Assembly: GCF_009914755.1 (NCBI RefSeq)
Contig: NC_060931.1
Origin: the human T2T-CHM13v2.0 reference genome, Homo sapiens
Strand: one strand, 5' to 3'
DNA: 64,000 nucleotides
Shown here: in pieces, positions 38,201-53,200 of the stretch
Layout: each line of letters opens with the position of its first letter
How positions within the stretch are numbered: position 1 is the stretch's first letter
Made by a program: the position numbers and the translations under genes
Notes under the pieces: model-generated
What the model saw: only the letters and a program-made list of their open reading frames with translations
What the model was told of the DNA's origin: nothing
Database searches by the model: none

Positions 38201-41200
38201 AAGCGATTTGATGCCAACAGTAGAAAAGGAAATATCTTCAAATAAAAACTAGACAGAATCATTCTCAGAAACTACTTTGTGATGTGTGCCTTCAACTCAC
38301 AGAGTTTAACCTTTCTTTTCTTAGAGCAGTTTAGAAACACTCTGCTTGTTACGTCTGCAAGTGGATATTTGGACCTCTTTGAGGCCTTCGTTGCAAACGG
38401 GGTTTCTTCCTTTCATGCTAGACTAAGAAGAGTTCTCAGTAACTTTTTTGTGTTGTGTGTATTCAACTCACAGAGTTGAACCTTGCTTTAGAGAGAGCAG
38501 ATTTGAAACACTCTTGCTGTGGCATTTTCAGGTGGAGATTTCAAGCGATTTGAGGACAATTGCAGAAAAGGAAATATCTTCGTATAATAACCAGACAGAA
38601 TCATTCTCAGAAAGTGCTTTGTGATGTGTGCGTTCAACTCACAGAGTTTAACCTTTCTTTTCATAGAGGAGTTTGGAAACACACTGTTTGTAAAGTCTGC
38701 AAGTGGATACATGGACCTGTTTGAGGCCTTCGTTGGAAACGGGATTTCTTCATTGAATGCTAGACGGAAGAATTCTCAGTAAATTCTTTGTGTTGTGTGC
38801 ATTCAACTCACAGAGTGGAACGTCCCTTTAGACACAGCAGATTTGAAACACTCTTTTTGCGGAATTTGCAAGTGGAGATTTCTAGCCATTTGATGCCAAC
38901 AGTAGAAAGGGAAATATCTTCAAATAAAAACCAGACAGAATCATTCTCAGAAAATTCTTTGTGATGTGTGCGTTCAACTCACATAGTTTAACCTTTCTTT
39001 TCATAGAGCAGTTTGGAAACACTCTGTTTGTAAAGTCTGCAAGTGGATATATGGACCGCATTGAGGCCTTCGTTGGAAACGGGATTTCTTCATTTCATGC
39101 TAGACAGAAGAATTCTCAGTAACTTCTTTGTGCTGTGTGTATTCAACTCACAGAGTGGAACGTCCCTTTGCACAGAGCAGATTTGAAACACTCTTTTTGT
39201 GGAGTTTGCAAGTGGAGATTTCAAGCGATTTGATGCCAACAGTAGAAAAGGAAATATCTTCAAATAAAAACTAGACAGAATCATTCTCAGAAACTACTTT
39301 GTGATGTGTGCCTTCAACTCACAGAGTTCAACCTTTCTTTTCTTAGAGCAGTTTAGAAACACTCTGCTTGTTATGTCTGCAAGTGGATATTTGGACCTCT
39401 TTGAGGCCTTCGTTGCAAACGGGGTTTCTTCCTTTCATGCTAGACTAAGAAGAGTTCTCAGTAACTTTTTTGTGTTGTGTGTATTCAACTCACAGAGTTG
39501 AACCTTGCTTTAGAGAGAGCAGATTTGAAACACTCTTGCTGTGGCATTTTCAGGTGGAGATTTCAAGCGATTTGAGGACAATTGCAGAAAAGGAAATATC
39601 TTCGTATAATAACCAGACAGAATCATTCTCAGAAAGTGCTTTGTGATGTGTGCGTTCAACTCACAGAGTTTAACCTTTCTTTTCATAGAGGAGTTTGGAA
39701 ACACACTGTTTGTAAAGTCTGCAAGTGGATACATGGACCTGTTTGAGGCCTTCGTTGGAAACGGGATTTCTTCATTGAATGCTAGACGGAAGAATTCTCA
39801 GTAAATTCTTTGTGTTGTGTGCATTCAACTCACAGAGTGGAACGTCCCTTTAGACACAGCAGATTTGAAACACTCTTTTTGCGGAATTTGCAAGTGGAGA
39901 TTTCTAGCCATTTGATGCCAACAGTAGAAAGGGAAATATCTTCAAATAAAAACCAGACAGAATCATTCTCAGAAAATTCTTTGTGATGTGTGCGTTCAAC
40001 TCACATAGTTTAACCTTTCTTTTCATAGAGCAGTTTGGAAACACTCTGTTTGTAAAGTCTGCAAGTGGATATATGGACCGCATTGAGGCCTTCGTTGGAA
40101 ACGGGATTTCTTCATTTCATGCTAGACAGAAGAATTCTCAGTAACTTCTTTGTGCTGTGTGTATTCAACTCACAGAGTGGAACGTCCCTTTGCACAGAGC
40201 AGATTTGAAACACTCTTTTTGTGGAGTTTGCAAGTGGAGATTTCAAGCGATTTGATGCCAACAGTAGAAAAGGAAATATCTTCAAATAAAAACTAGACAG
40301 AATCATTCTCAGAAACTACTTTGTGATGTGTGCCTTCAACTCACAGAGTTCAACCTTTCTTTTCTTAGAGCAGTTTAGAAACACTCTGCTTGTTATGTCT
40401 GCAAGTGGATATTTGGACCTCTTTGAGGCCTTCGTTGCAAACGGGGTTTCTTCCTTTCATGCTAGACTAAGAAGAGTTCTCAGTAACTTTTTTGTGTTGT
40501 GTGTATTCAACTCACAGAGTTGAACCTTGCTTTAGAGAGAGCAGATTTGAAACACTCTTGCTGTGGCATTTTCAGGTGGAGATTTCAAGCGATTTGAGGA
40601 CAATTGCAGAAAAGGAAATATCTTCGTATAATAACCAGACAGAATCATTCTCAGAAAGTGCTTTGTGATGTGTGCGTTCAACTCACAGAGTTTAACCTTT
40701 CTTTTCATAGAGGAGTTTGGAAACACACTGTTTGTAAAGTCTGCAAGTGGATACATGGACCTGTTTGAGGCCTTCGTTGGAAACGGGATTTCTTCATTGA
40801 ATGCTAGACGGAAGAATTCTCAGTAAATTCTTTGTGTTGTGTGCATTCAACTCACAGAGTGGAACGTCCCTTTAGACAGAGCAGATTTGAAACACTCTTT
40901 TTGCGGAATTTGCAAGTGGAGATTTCTAGCCATTTGATGCCAACAGTAGAAAGGGAAATATCTTCAAATAAAAACCAGACAGAATCATTCTCAGAAAATT
41001 CTTTGTGATGTGTGCGTTCAACTCACATAGTTTAACCTTTCTTTTCATAGAGCAGTTTGGAAACACTCTGTTTGTAAAGTCTGCAAGTGGATATATGGAC
41101 CGCATTGAGGCCTTCGTTGGAAACGGGATTTCTTCATTTCATGCTAGACAGAAGAATTCTCAGTAACTTCTTTGTGCTGTGTGTATTCAACTCACAGAGT

Positions 41201-44200
41201 GGAACGTCCCTTTGCACAGAGCAGATTTGAAACACTCTTTTTGTGGAGTTTGCAAGTGGAGATTTCAAGCGATTTGATGCCAACAGTAGAAAAGGAAATA
41301 TCTTCAAATAAAAACTAGACAGAATCATTCTCAGAAACTACTTTGTGATGTGTGCCTTCAACTCACAGAGTTCAACCTTTCTTTTCTTAGAGCAGTTTAG
41401 AAACACTCTGCTTGTTATGTCTGCAAGTGGATATTTGGACCTCTTTGAGGCCTTCGTTGCAAACGGGGTTTCTTCCTTTCATGCTAGACTAAGAAGAGTT
41501 CTCAGTAACTTTTTTGTGTTGTGTGTATTCAACTCACAGAGTTGAACCTTGCTTTAGAGAGAGCAGATTTGAAACACTCTTGCTGTGGCATTTTCAGGTG
41601 GAGATTTCAAGCGATTTGAGGACAATTGCAGAAAAGGAAATATCTTCGTATAATAACCAGACAGAATCATTCTCAGAAAGTGCTTTGTGATGTGTGCGTT
41701 CAACTCACAGAGTTTAACCTTTCTTTTCATAGAGGAGTTTGGAAACACACTGTTTGTAAAGTCTGCAAGTGGATACATGGACCTGTTTGAGGCCTTCGTT
41801 GGAAACGGGATTTCTTCATTGAATGCTAGACGGAAGAATTCTCAGTAAATTCTTTGTGTTGTGTGCATTGAACTCACAGAGTGGAACGTCCCTTTAGACA
41901 GAGCAGATTTGAAACACTCTTTTTGCGGAATTTGCAAGTGGAGATTTCTAGCCATTTGATGCCAACAGTAGAAAGGGAAATATCTTCAAATAAAAACCAG
42001 ACAGAATCATTCTCAGAAAATTCTTTGTGATGTGTGCGTTCAACTCACATAGTTTAACCTTTCTTTTCATAGAGCAGTTTGGAAACACTCTGTTTGTAAA
42101 GTCTGCAAGTGGATATATGGACCGCATTGAGGCCTTCGTTGGAAACGGGATTTCTTCATTTCATGCTAGACAGAAGAATTCTCAGTAACTTCTTTGTGCT
42201 GTGTGTATTCAACTCACAGAGTGGAACGTCCCTTTGCACAGAGCAGATTTGAAACACTCTTTTTGTGGAGTTTGCAAGTGGAGATTTCAAGCGATTTGAT
42301 GCCAACAGTAGAAAAGGAAATATCTTCAAATAAAAACTAGACAGAATCATTCTCAGAAACTACTTTGTGATGTGTGCCTTCAACTCACAGAGTTCAACCT
42401 TTCTTTTCTTAGAGCAGTTTAGAAACACTCTGCTTGTTATGTCTGCAAGTGGATATTTGGACCTCTTTGAGGCCTTCGTTGCAAACGGGGTTTCTTCCTT
42501 TCATGCTAGACTAAGAAGAGTTCTCAGTAACTTTTTTGTGTTGTGTGTATTCAACTCACAGAGTTGAACCTTGCTTTAGAGAGAGCAGATTTGAAACACT
42601 CTTGCTGTGGCATTTTCAGGTGGAGATTTCAAGCGATTTGAGGACAATTGCAGAAAAGGAAATATCTTCGTATAATAACCAGACAGAATCATTCTCAGAA
42701 AGTGCTTTGTGATGTGTGCGTTCAACTCACAGAGTTTAACCTTTCTTTTCATAGAGGAGTTTGGAAACACACTGTTTGTAAAGTCTGCAAGTGGATATAT
42801 GGACCTGTTTGAGGCCTTCGTTGGAAACGGGATTTCTTCATTGAATGCTAGACGGAAGAATTCTCAGTAAATTCTTTGTGTTGTGTGCATTCAACTCACA
42901 GAGTGGAACGTCCCTTTAGACAGAGCAGATTTGAAACCCTCTTTTTGCGGAATTTGCAAGTGGAGATTTCTAGCCATTTGATGCCAACAGTAGAAAGGGA
43001 AATATCTTCAAATAAAAACCAGACAGAATCATTCTCAGAAAATTCTTTGTGATGTGTGCGTTCAACTCACATAGTTTAACCTTTCTTTTCATAGAGCAGT
43101 TTGGAAACACTCTGTTTGTAAAGTCTGCAAGTGGATATATGGACCGCATTGAGGCCTTCGTTGGAAACGGGATTTCTTCATTTCATGCTAGACAGAAGAA
43201 TTCTCAGTAACTTCTTTGTGCTGTGTGTATTCAACTCACAGAGTGGAACGTCCCTTTGCACAGAGCAGATTTGAAACACTCTTTTTGTGGAGTTTGCAAG
43301 TGGAGATTTCAAGCGATTTGATGCCAACAGTAGAAAAGGAAATATCTTCAAATAAAAACTAGACAGAATCATTCTCAGAAACTACTTTGTGATGTGTGCC
43401 TTCAACTCACAGAGTTCAACCTTTCTTTTCTTAGAGCAGTTTAGAAACACTCTGCTTGTTATGTCTGCAAGTGGATATTTGGACCTCTTTGAGGCCTTCG
43501 TTGCAAACGGGGTTTCTTCCTTTCATGCTAGACTAAGAAGAGTTCTCAGTAACTTTTTTGTGTTGTGTGTATTCAACTCACAGAGTTGAACCTTGCTTTA
43601 GAGAGAGCAGATTTGAAACACTCTTGCTGTGGCATTTTCAGGTGGAGATTTCAAGCGATTTGAGGACAATTGCAGAAAAGGAAATATCTTCGTATAATAA
43701 CCAGACAGAATCATTCTCAGAAAGTGCTTTGTGATGTGTGCGTTCAACTCACAGAGTTTAACCTTTCTTTTCATAGAGGAGTTTGGAAACACACTGTTTG
43801 TAAAGTCTGCAAGTGGATACATGGACCTGTTTGAGGCCTTCGTTGGAAACGGGATTTCTTCATTGAATGCTAGACGGAAGAATTCTCAGTAAATTCTTTG
43901 TGTTGTGTGCATTCAACTCACAGAGTGGAACGTCCCTTTAGACAGAGCAGATTTGAAACACTCTTTTTGCGGAATTTGCAAGTGGAGATTTCTAGCCATT
44001 TGATGCCAACAGTAGAAAGGGAAATATCTTCAAATAAAAACCAGACAGAATCATTCTCAGAAAATTCTTTGTGATGTGTGCGTTCAACTCACATAGTTTA
44101 ACCTTTCTTTTCATAGAGCAGTTTGGAAACACTCTGTTTGTAAAGTCTGCAAGTGGATATATGGACCGCATTGAGGCCTTCGTTGGAAACGGGATTTCTT

Positions 44201-47200
44201 CATTTCATGCTAGACAGAAGAATTCTCAGTAACTTCTTTGTGCTGTGTGTATTCAACTCACAGAGTGGAACGTCCCTTTGCACAGAGCAGATTTGAAACA
44301 CTCTTTTTGTGGAGTTTGCAAGTGGAGATTTCAAGCGATTTGATGCCAACAGTAGAAAAGGAAATATCTTCAAATAAAAACTAGACAGAATCATTCTCAG
44401 AAACTACTTTGTGATGTGTGCCTTCAACTCACAGAGTTCAACCTTTCTTTTCTTAGAGCAGTTTAGAAACACTCTGCTTGTTATGTCTGCAAGTGGATAT
44501 TTGGACCTCTTTGAGGCCTTCGTTGCAAACGGGGTTTCTTCCTTTCATGCTAGACTAAGAAGAGTTCTCAGTAACTTTTTTGTGTTGTGTGTATTCAACT
44601 CACAGAGTTGAACCTTGCTTTAGAGAGAGCAGATTTGAAACACTCTTGCTGTGGCATTTTCAGGTGGAGATTTCAAGCGATTTGAGGACAATTGCAGAAA
44701 AGGAAATATCTTCGTATAATAACCAGACAGAATCATTCTCAGAAAGTGCTTTGTGATGTGTGCGTTCAACTCACAGAGTTTAACCTTTCTTTTCATAGAG
44801 GAGTTTGGAAACACACTGTTTGTAAAGTCTGCAAGTGGATACATGGACCTGTTTGAGGCCTTCGTTGGAAACGGGATTTCTTCATTGAATGCTAGACGGA
44901 AGAATTCTCAGTAAATTCTTTGTGTTGTGTGCATTGAACTCACAGAGTGGAACGTCCCTTTAGACAGAGCAGATTTGAAACACTCTTTTTGCGGAATTTG
45001 CAAGTGGAGATTTCTAGCCATTTGATGCCAACAGTAGAAAGGGAAATATCTTCAAATAAAAACCAGACAGAATCATTCTCAGAAAATTCTTTGTGATGTG
45101 TGCGTTCAACTCACATAGTTTAACCTTTCTTTTCATAGAGCAGTTTGGAAACACTCTGTTTGTAAAGTCTGCAAGTGGATATATGGACCGCATTGAGGCC
45201 TTCGTTGGAAACGGGATTTCTTCATTTCATGCTAGACAGAAGAATTCTCAGTAACTTCTTTGTGCTGTGTGTATTCAACTCACAGAGTGGAACGTCCCTT
45301 TGCACAGAGCAGATTTGAAACACTCTTTTTGTGGAGTTTGCAAGTGGAGATTTCAAGCGATTTGATGCCAACAGTAGAAAAGGAAATATCTTCAAATAAA
45401 AACTAGACAGAATCATTCTCAGAAACTACTTTGTGATGTGTGCCTTCAACTCACAGAGTTTAACCTTTCTTTTCTTAGAGCAGTTTAGAAACACTCTGCT
45501 TGTTATGTCTGCAAGTGGATATTTGGACCTCTTTGAGGCCTTCGTTGCAAACGTGGTTTCTTCCTTTCATGCTAGACTAAGAAGAGTTCTCAGTAACTTT
45601 TTTGTGTTGTGTGTATTCAACTCACAGAGTTGAACCTTGCTTTAGAGAGAGCAGATTTGAAACACTCTTGCTGTGGCATTTTCAGGTGGAGATTTCAAGC
45701 GATTTGAGGACAATTGCAGAAAAGGAAATATCTTCGTATAATAACCAGACAGAATCATTCTCAGAAAGTGCTTTGTGATGTGTGCGTTCAACTCACAGAG
45801 TTTAACCTTTCTTTTCATAGAGGAGTTTGGAAACACACTGTTTGTAAAGTCTGCAAGTGGATACATGGACCTGTTTGAGGCCTTCGTTGGAAACGGGATT
45901 TCTTCATTGAATGCTAGACGGAAGAATTCTCAGTAAATTCTTTGTGTTGTGTGCATTCAACTCACAGAGTGGAACGTCCCTTTAGACAGAGCAGATTTGA
46001 AACACTCTTTTTGCGGAATTTGCAAGTGGAGATTTCTAGCCATTTGATGCCAACAGTAGAAAGGGAAATATCTTCAAATAAAAACCAGACAGAATCATTC
46101 TCAGAAAATTCTTTGTGATGTGTGCGTTCAACTCACATAGTTTAACCTTTCTTTTCATAGAGCAGTTTGGAAACACTCTGTTTGTAAAGTCTGCAAGTGG
46201 ATATATGGACCGCATTGAGGCCTTCGTTGGAAACGGGATTTCTTCATTTCATGCTAGACAGAAGAATTCTCAGTAACTTCTTTGTGCTGTGTGTATTCAA
46301 CTCACAGAGTGGAACGTCCCTTTGCACAGAGCAGATTTGAAACACTCTTTTTGTGGAGTTTGCAAGTGGAGATTTCAAGCGATTTGATGCCAACAGTAGA
46401 AAAGGAAATATCTTCAAATAAAAACTAGACAGAATCATTCTCAGAAACTACTTTGTGATGTGTGCCTTCAACTCACAGAGTTCAACCTTTCTTTTCTTAG
46501 AGCAGTTTAGAAACACTCTGCTTGTTATGTCTGCAAGTGGATATTTGGACCTCTTTGAGGCCTTCGTTGCAAACGGGGTTTCTTCCTTTCATGCTAGACT
46601 AAGAAGAGTTCTCAGTAACTTTTTTGTGTTGTGTGTATTCAACTCACAGAGTTGAACCTTGCTTTAGAGAGAGCAGATTTGAAACACTCTTGCTGTGGCA
46701 TTTTCAGGTGGAGATTTCAAGCGATTTGAGGACAATTGCAGAAAAGGAAATATCTTCGTATAATAACCAGACAGAATCATTCTCAGAAAGTGCTTTGTGA
46801 TGTGTGCGTTCAACTCACAGAGTTTAACCTTTCTTTTCATAGAGGAGTTTGGAAACACACTGTTTGTAAAGTCTGCAAGTGGATACATGGACCTGTTTGA
46901 GGCCTTCGTTGGAAACGGGATTTCTTCATTGAATGCTAGACGGAAGAATTCTCAGTAAATTCTTTGTGTTGTGTGCATTCAACTCACAGAGTGGAACGTC
47001 CCTTTAGACAGAGCAGATTTGAAACACTCTTTTTGCGGAATTTGCAAGTGGAGATTTCTAGCCATTTGATGCCAACAGTAGAAAGGGAAATATCTTCAAA
47101 TAAAAACCAGACAGAATCATTCTCAGAAAATTCTTTGTGATGTGTGCGTTCAACTCACATAGTTTAACCTTTCTTTTCATAGAGCAGTTTGGAAACACTC

Positions 47201-50200
47201 TGTTTGTAAAGTCTGCAAGTGGATATATGGACCGCATTGAGGCCTTCGTTGGAAACGGGATTTCTTCATTTCATGCTAGACAGAAGAATTCTCAGTAACT
47301 TCTTTGTGCTGTGTGTATTCAACTCACAGAGTGGAACGTCCCTTTGCACAGAGCAGATTTGAAACACTCTTTTTGTGGAGTTTGCAAGTGGAGATTTCAA
47401 GCGATTTGATGCCAACAGTAGAAAAGGAAATATCTTCAAATAAAAACTAGACAGAATCATTCTCAGAAACTACTTTGTGATGTGTGCCTTCAACTCACAG
47501 AGTTTAACCTTTCTTTTCTTAGAGCAGTTTAGAAACACTCTGCTTGTTACGTCTGCAAGTGGATATTTGGACCTCTTTGAGGCCTTCGTTGCAAACGTGG
47601 TTTCTTCCTTTCATGCTAGACTAAGAAGAGTTCTCAGTAACTTTTTTGTGTTGTGTGTATTCAACTCACAGAGTTGAACCTTGCTTTAGAGAGAGCAGAT
47701 TTGAAACACTCTTGCTGTGGCATTTTCAGGTGGAGATTTCAAGCGATTTGAGGACAATTGCAGAAAAGGAAATATCTTCGTATAATAACCAGACAGAATC
47801 ATTCTCAGAAAGTGCTTTGTGATGTGTGCGTTCAACTCACAGAGTTTAACCTTTCTTTTCATAGAGGAGTTTGGAAACACACTGTTTGTAAAGTCTGCAA
47901 GTGGATACATGGACCTGTTTGAGGCCTTCGTTGGAAACGGGATTTCTTCATTGAATGCTAGACGGAAGAATTCTCAGTAAATTCTTTGTGTTGTGTGCAT
48001 TCAACTCACAGAGTGGAACGTCCCTTTAGACAGAGCAGATTTGAAACACTCTTTTTGCGGAATTTGCAAGTGGAGATTTCTAGCCATTTGATGCCAACAG
48101 TAGAAAGGGAAATATCTTCAAATAAAAACCAGACAGAATCATTCTCAGAAAATTCTTTGTGATGTGTGCGTTCAACTCACATAGTTTAACCTTTCTTTTC
48201 ATAGAGCAGTTTGGAAACACTCTGTTTGTAAAGTCTGCAAGTGGATATATGGACCGCATTGAGGCCTTCGTTGGAAACGGGATTTCTTCATTTCATGCTA
48301 GACAGAAGAATTCTCAGTAACTTCTTTGTGCTGTGTGTATTCAACTCACAGAGTGGAACGTCCCTTTGCACAGAGCAGATTTGAAACACTCTTTTTGTGG
48401 AGTTTGCAAGTGGAGATTTCAAGCGATTTGATGCCAACAGTAGAAAAGGAAATATCTTCAAATAAAAACTAGACAGAATCATTCTCAGAAACTACTTTGT
48501 GATGTGTGCCTTCAACTCACAGAGTTTAACCTTTCTTTTCTTAGAGCAGTTTAGAAACACTCTGCTTGTTATGTCTGCAAGTGGATATTTGGACCTCTTT
48601 GAGGCCTTCGTTGCAAACGGGGTTTCTTCCTTTCATGCTAGACTAAGAAGAGTTCTCAGTAACTTTTTTGTGTTGTGTGTATTCAACTCACAGAGTTGAA
48701 CCTTGCTTTAGAGAGAGCAGATTTGAAACACTCTTGCTGTGGCATTTTCAGGTGGAGATTTCAAGCGATTTGAGGACAATTGCAGAAAAGGAAATATCTT
48801 CGTATAATAACCAGACAGAATCATTCTCAGAAAGTGCTTTGTGATGTGTGCGTTCAACTCACAGAGTTTAACCTTTCTTTTCATAGAGGAGTTTGGAAAC
48901 ACACTGTTTGTAAAGTCTGCAAGTGGATACATGGACCTGTTTGAGGCCTTCGTTGGAAACGGGATTTCTTCATTGAATGCTAGACGGAAGAATTCTCAGT
49001 AAATTCTTTGTGTTGTGTGCATTGAACTCACAGAGTGGAACGTCCCTTTAGACAGAGCAGATTTGAAACACTCTTTTTGCGGAATTTGCAAGTGGAGATT
49101 TCTAGCCATTTGATGCCAACAGTAGAAAGGGAAATATCTTCAAATAAAAACCAGACAGAATCATTCTCAGAAAATTCTTTGTGATGTGTGCGTTCAACTC
49201 ACATAGTTTAACCTTTCTTTTCATAGAGCAGTTTGGAAACACTCTGTTTGTAAAGTCTGCAAGTGGATATATGGACCGCATTGAGGCCTTCGTTGGAAAC
49301 GGGATTTCTTCATTTCATGCTAGACAGAAGAATTCTCAGTAACTTCTTTGTGCTGTGTGTATTCAACTCACAGAGTGGAACGTCCCTTTGCACAGAGCAG
49401 ATTTGAAACACTCTTTTTGTGGAGTTTGCAAGTGGAGATTTCAAGCGATTTGATGCCTACAGTAGAAAAGGAAATATCTTCAAATAAAAACTAGACAGAA
49501 TCATTCTCAGAAACTACTTTGTGATGTGTGCCTTCAACTCACAGAGTTTAACCTTTCTTTTCTTAGAGCAGTTTAGAAACACTCTGCTTGTTATGTCTGC
49601 AAGTGGATATTTGGACCTCTTTGAGGCCTTCGTTGCAAACGTGGTTTCTTCCTTTCATGCTAGACTAAGAAGAGTTCTCAGTAACTTTTTTGTGTTGTGT
49701 GTATTCAACTCACAGAGTTGAACCTTGCTTTAGAGAGAGCAGATTTGAAACACTCTTGCTGTGGCATTTTCAGGTGGAGATTTCAAGCGATTTGAGGACA
49801 ATTGCAGAAAAGGAAATATCTTCGTATAATAACCAGACAGAATCATTCTCAGAAAGTGCTTTGTGATGTGTGCGTTCAACTCACAGAGTTTAACCTTTCT
49901 TTTCATAGAGGAGTTTGGAAACACACTGTTTGTAAAGTCTGCAAGTGGATACATGGACCTGTTTGAGGCCTTCGTTGGAAACGGGATTTCTTCATTGAAT
50001 GCTAGACGGAAGAATTCTCAGTAAATTCTTTGTGTTGTGTGCATTCAACTCACAGAGTGGAACGTCCCTTTAGACACAGCAGATTTGAAACACTCTTTTT
50101 GCGGAATTTGCAAGTGGAGATTTCTAGCCATTTGATGCCAACAGTAGAAAGGGAAATATCTTCAAATAAAAACCAGACAGAATCATTCTCAGAAAATTCT

Positions 50201-53200
50201 TTGTGATGTGTGCGTTCAACTCACATAGTTTAACCTTTCTTTTCATAGAGCAGTTTGGAAACACTCTGTTTGTAAAGTCTGCAAGTGGATATATGGACCG
50301 CATTGAGGCCTTCGTTGGAAACGGGATTTCTTCATTTCATGCTAGACAGAAGAATTCTCAGTAACTTCTTTGTGCTGTGTGTATTCAACTCACAGAGTGG
50401 AACGTCCCTTTGCACAGAGCAGATTTGAAACACTCTTTTTGTGGAGTTTGCAAGTGGAGATTTCAAGCGATTTGATGCCAACAGTAGAAAAGGAAATATC
50501 TTCAAATAAAAACTAGACAGAATCATTCTCAGAAACTACTTTGTGATGTGTGCCTTCAACTCACAGAGTTCAACCTTTCTTTTCTTAGAGCAGTTTAGAA
50601 ACACTCTGCTTGTTATGTCTGCAAGTGGATATTTGGACCTCTTTGAGGCCTTCGTTGCAAACGGGGTTTCTTCCTTTCATGCTAGACTAAGAAGAGTTCT
50701 CAGTAACTTTTTTGTGTTGTGTGTATTCAACTCACAGAGTTGAACCTTGCTTTAGAGAGAGCAGATTTGAAACACTCTTGCTGTGGCATTTTCAGGTGGA
50801 GATTTCAAGCGATTTGAGGACAATTGCAGAAAAGGAAATATCTTCGTATAATAACCAGACAGAATCATTCTCAGAAAGTGCTTTGTGATGTGTGCGTTCA
50901 ACTCACAGAGTTTAACCTTTCTTTTCATAGAGGAGTTTGGAAACACACTGTTTGTAAAGTCTGCAAGTGGATACATGGACCTGTTTGAGGCCTTCGTTGG
51001 AAACGGGATTTCTTCATTGAATGCTAGACGGAAGAATTCTCAGTAAATTCTTTGTGTTGTGTGCATTCAACTCACAGAGTGGAACGTCCCTTTAGACAGA
51101 GCAGATTTGAAACACTCTTTTTGCGGAATTTGCAAGTGGAGATTTCTAGCCATTTGATGCCAACAGTAGAAAGGGAAATATCTTCAAATAAAAACCAGAC
51201 AGAATCATTCTCAGAAAATTCTTTGTGATGTGTGCGTTCAACTCACATAGTTTAACCTTTCTTTTCATAGAGCAGTTTGGAAACACTCTGTTTGTAAAGT
51301 CTGCAAGTGGATATATGGACCGCATTGAGGCCTTCGTTGGAAACGGGATTTCTTCATTTCATGCTAGACAGAAGAATTCTCAGTAACTTCTTTGTGCTGT
51401 GTGTATTCAACTCACAGAGTGGAACGTCCCTTTGCACAGAGCAGATTTGAAACACTCTTTTTGTGGAGTTTGCAAGTGGAGATTTCAAGCGATTTGATGC
51501 CAACAGTAGAAAAGGAAATATCTTCAAATAAAAACTAGACAGAATCATTCTCAGAAACTACTTTGTGATGTGTGCCTTCAACTCACAGAGTTTAACCTTT
51601 CTTTTCTTAGAGCAGTTTAGAAACACTCTGCTTGTTATGTCTGCAAGTGGATATTTGGACCTCTTTGAGGCCTTCGTTGCAAACGGGGTTTCTTCCTTTC
51701 ATGCTAGACTAAGAAGAGTTCTCAGTAACTTTTTTGTGTTGTGTGTATTCAACTCACAGAGTTGAACCTTGCTTTAGAGAGAGCAGATTTGAAACACTCT
51801 TGCTGTGGCATTTTCAGGTGGAGATTTCAAGCGATTTGAGGACAATTGCAGAAAAGGAAATATCTTCGTATAATAACCAGACAGAATCATTCTCAGAAAG
51901 TGCTTTGTGATGTGTGCGTTCAACTCACAGAGTTTAACCTTTCTTTTCATAGAGGAGTTTGGAAACACACTGTTTGTAAAGTCTGCAAGTGGATACATGG
52001 ACCTGTTTGAGGCCTTCGTTGGAAACGGGATTTCTTCATTGAATGCTAGACGGAAGAATTCTCAGTAAATTCTTTGTGTTGTGTGCATTGAACTCACAGA
52101 GTGGAACGTCCCTTTAGACAGAGCAGATTTGAAACACTCTTTTTGCGGAATTTGCAAGTGGAGATTTCTAGCCATTTGATGCCAACAGTAGAAAGGGAAA
52201 TATCTTCAAATAAAAACCAGACAGAATCATTCTCAGAAAATTCTTTGTGATGTGTGCGTTCAACTCACATAGTTTAACCTTTCTTTTCATAGAGCAGTTT
52301 GGAAACACTCTGTTTGTAAAGTCTGCAAGTGGATATATGGACCGCATTGAGGCCTTCGTTGGAAACGGGATTTCTTCATTTCATGCTAGACAGAAGAATT
52401 CTCAGTAACTTCTTTGTGCTGTGTGTATTCAACTCACAGAGTGGAACGTCCCTTTGCACAGAGCAGATTTGAAACACTCTTTTTGTGGAGTTTGCAAGTG
52501 GAGATTTCAAGCGATTTGATGCCAACAGTAGAAAAGGAAATATCTTCAAATAAAAACTAGACAGAATCATTCTCAGAAACTACTTTGTGATGTGTGCCTT
52601 CAACTCACAGAGTTCAACCTTTCTTTTCTTAGAGCAGTTTAGAAACACTCTGCTTGTTATGTCTGCAAGTGGATATTTGGACCTCTTTGAGGCCTTCGTT
52701 GCAAACGGGGTTTCTTCCTTTCATGCTAGACTAAGAAGAGTTCTCAGTAACTTTTTTGTGTTGTGTGTATTCAACTCACAGAGTTGAACCTTGCTTTAGA
52801 GACAGCAGATTTGAAACACTCTTGCTGTGGCATTTTCAGGTGGAGATTTCAAGCGATTTGAGGACAATTGCAGAAAAGGAAATATCTTCGTATAATAACC
52901 AGACAGAATCATTCTCAGAAAGTGCTTTGTGATGTGTGCGTTCAACTCACAGAGTTTAACCTTTCTTTTCATAGAGGAGTTTGGAAACACACTGTTTGTA
53001 AAGTCTGCAAGTGGATACATGGACCTGTTTGAGGCCTTCGTTGGAAACGGGATTTCTTCATTGAATGCTAGACGGAAGAATTCTCAGTAAATTCTTTGTG
53101 TTGTGTGCATTGAACTCACAGAGTGGAACGTCCCTTTAGACAGAGCAGATTTGAAACACTCTTTTTGCGGAATTTGCAAGTGGAGATTTCTAGCCATTTG

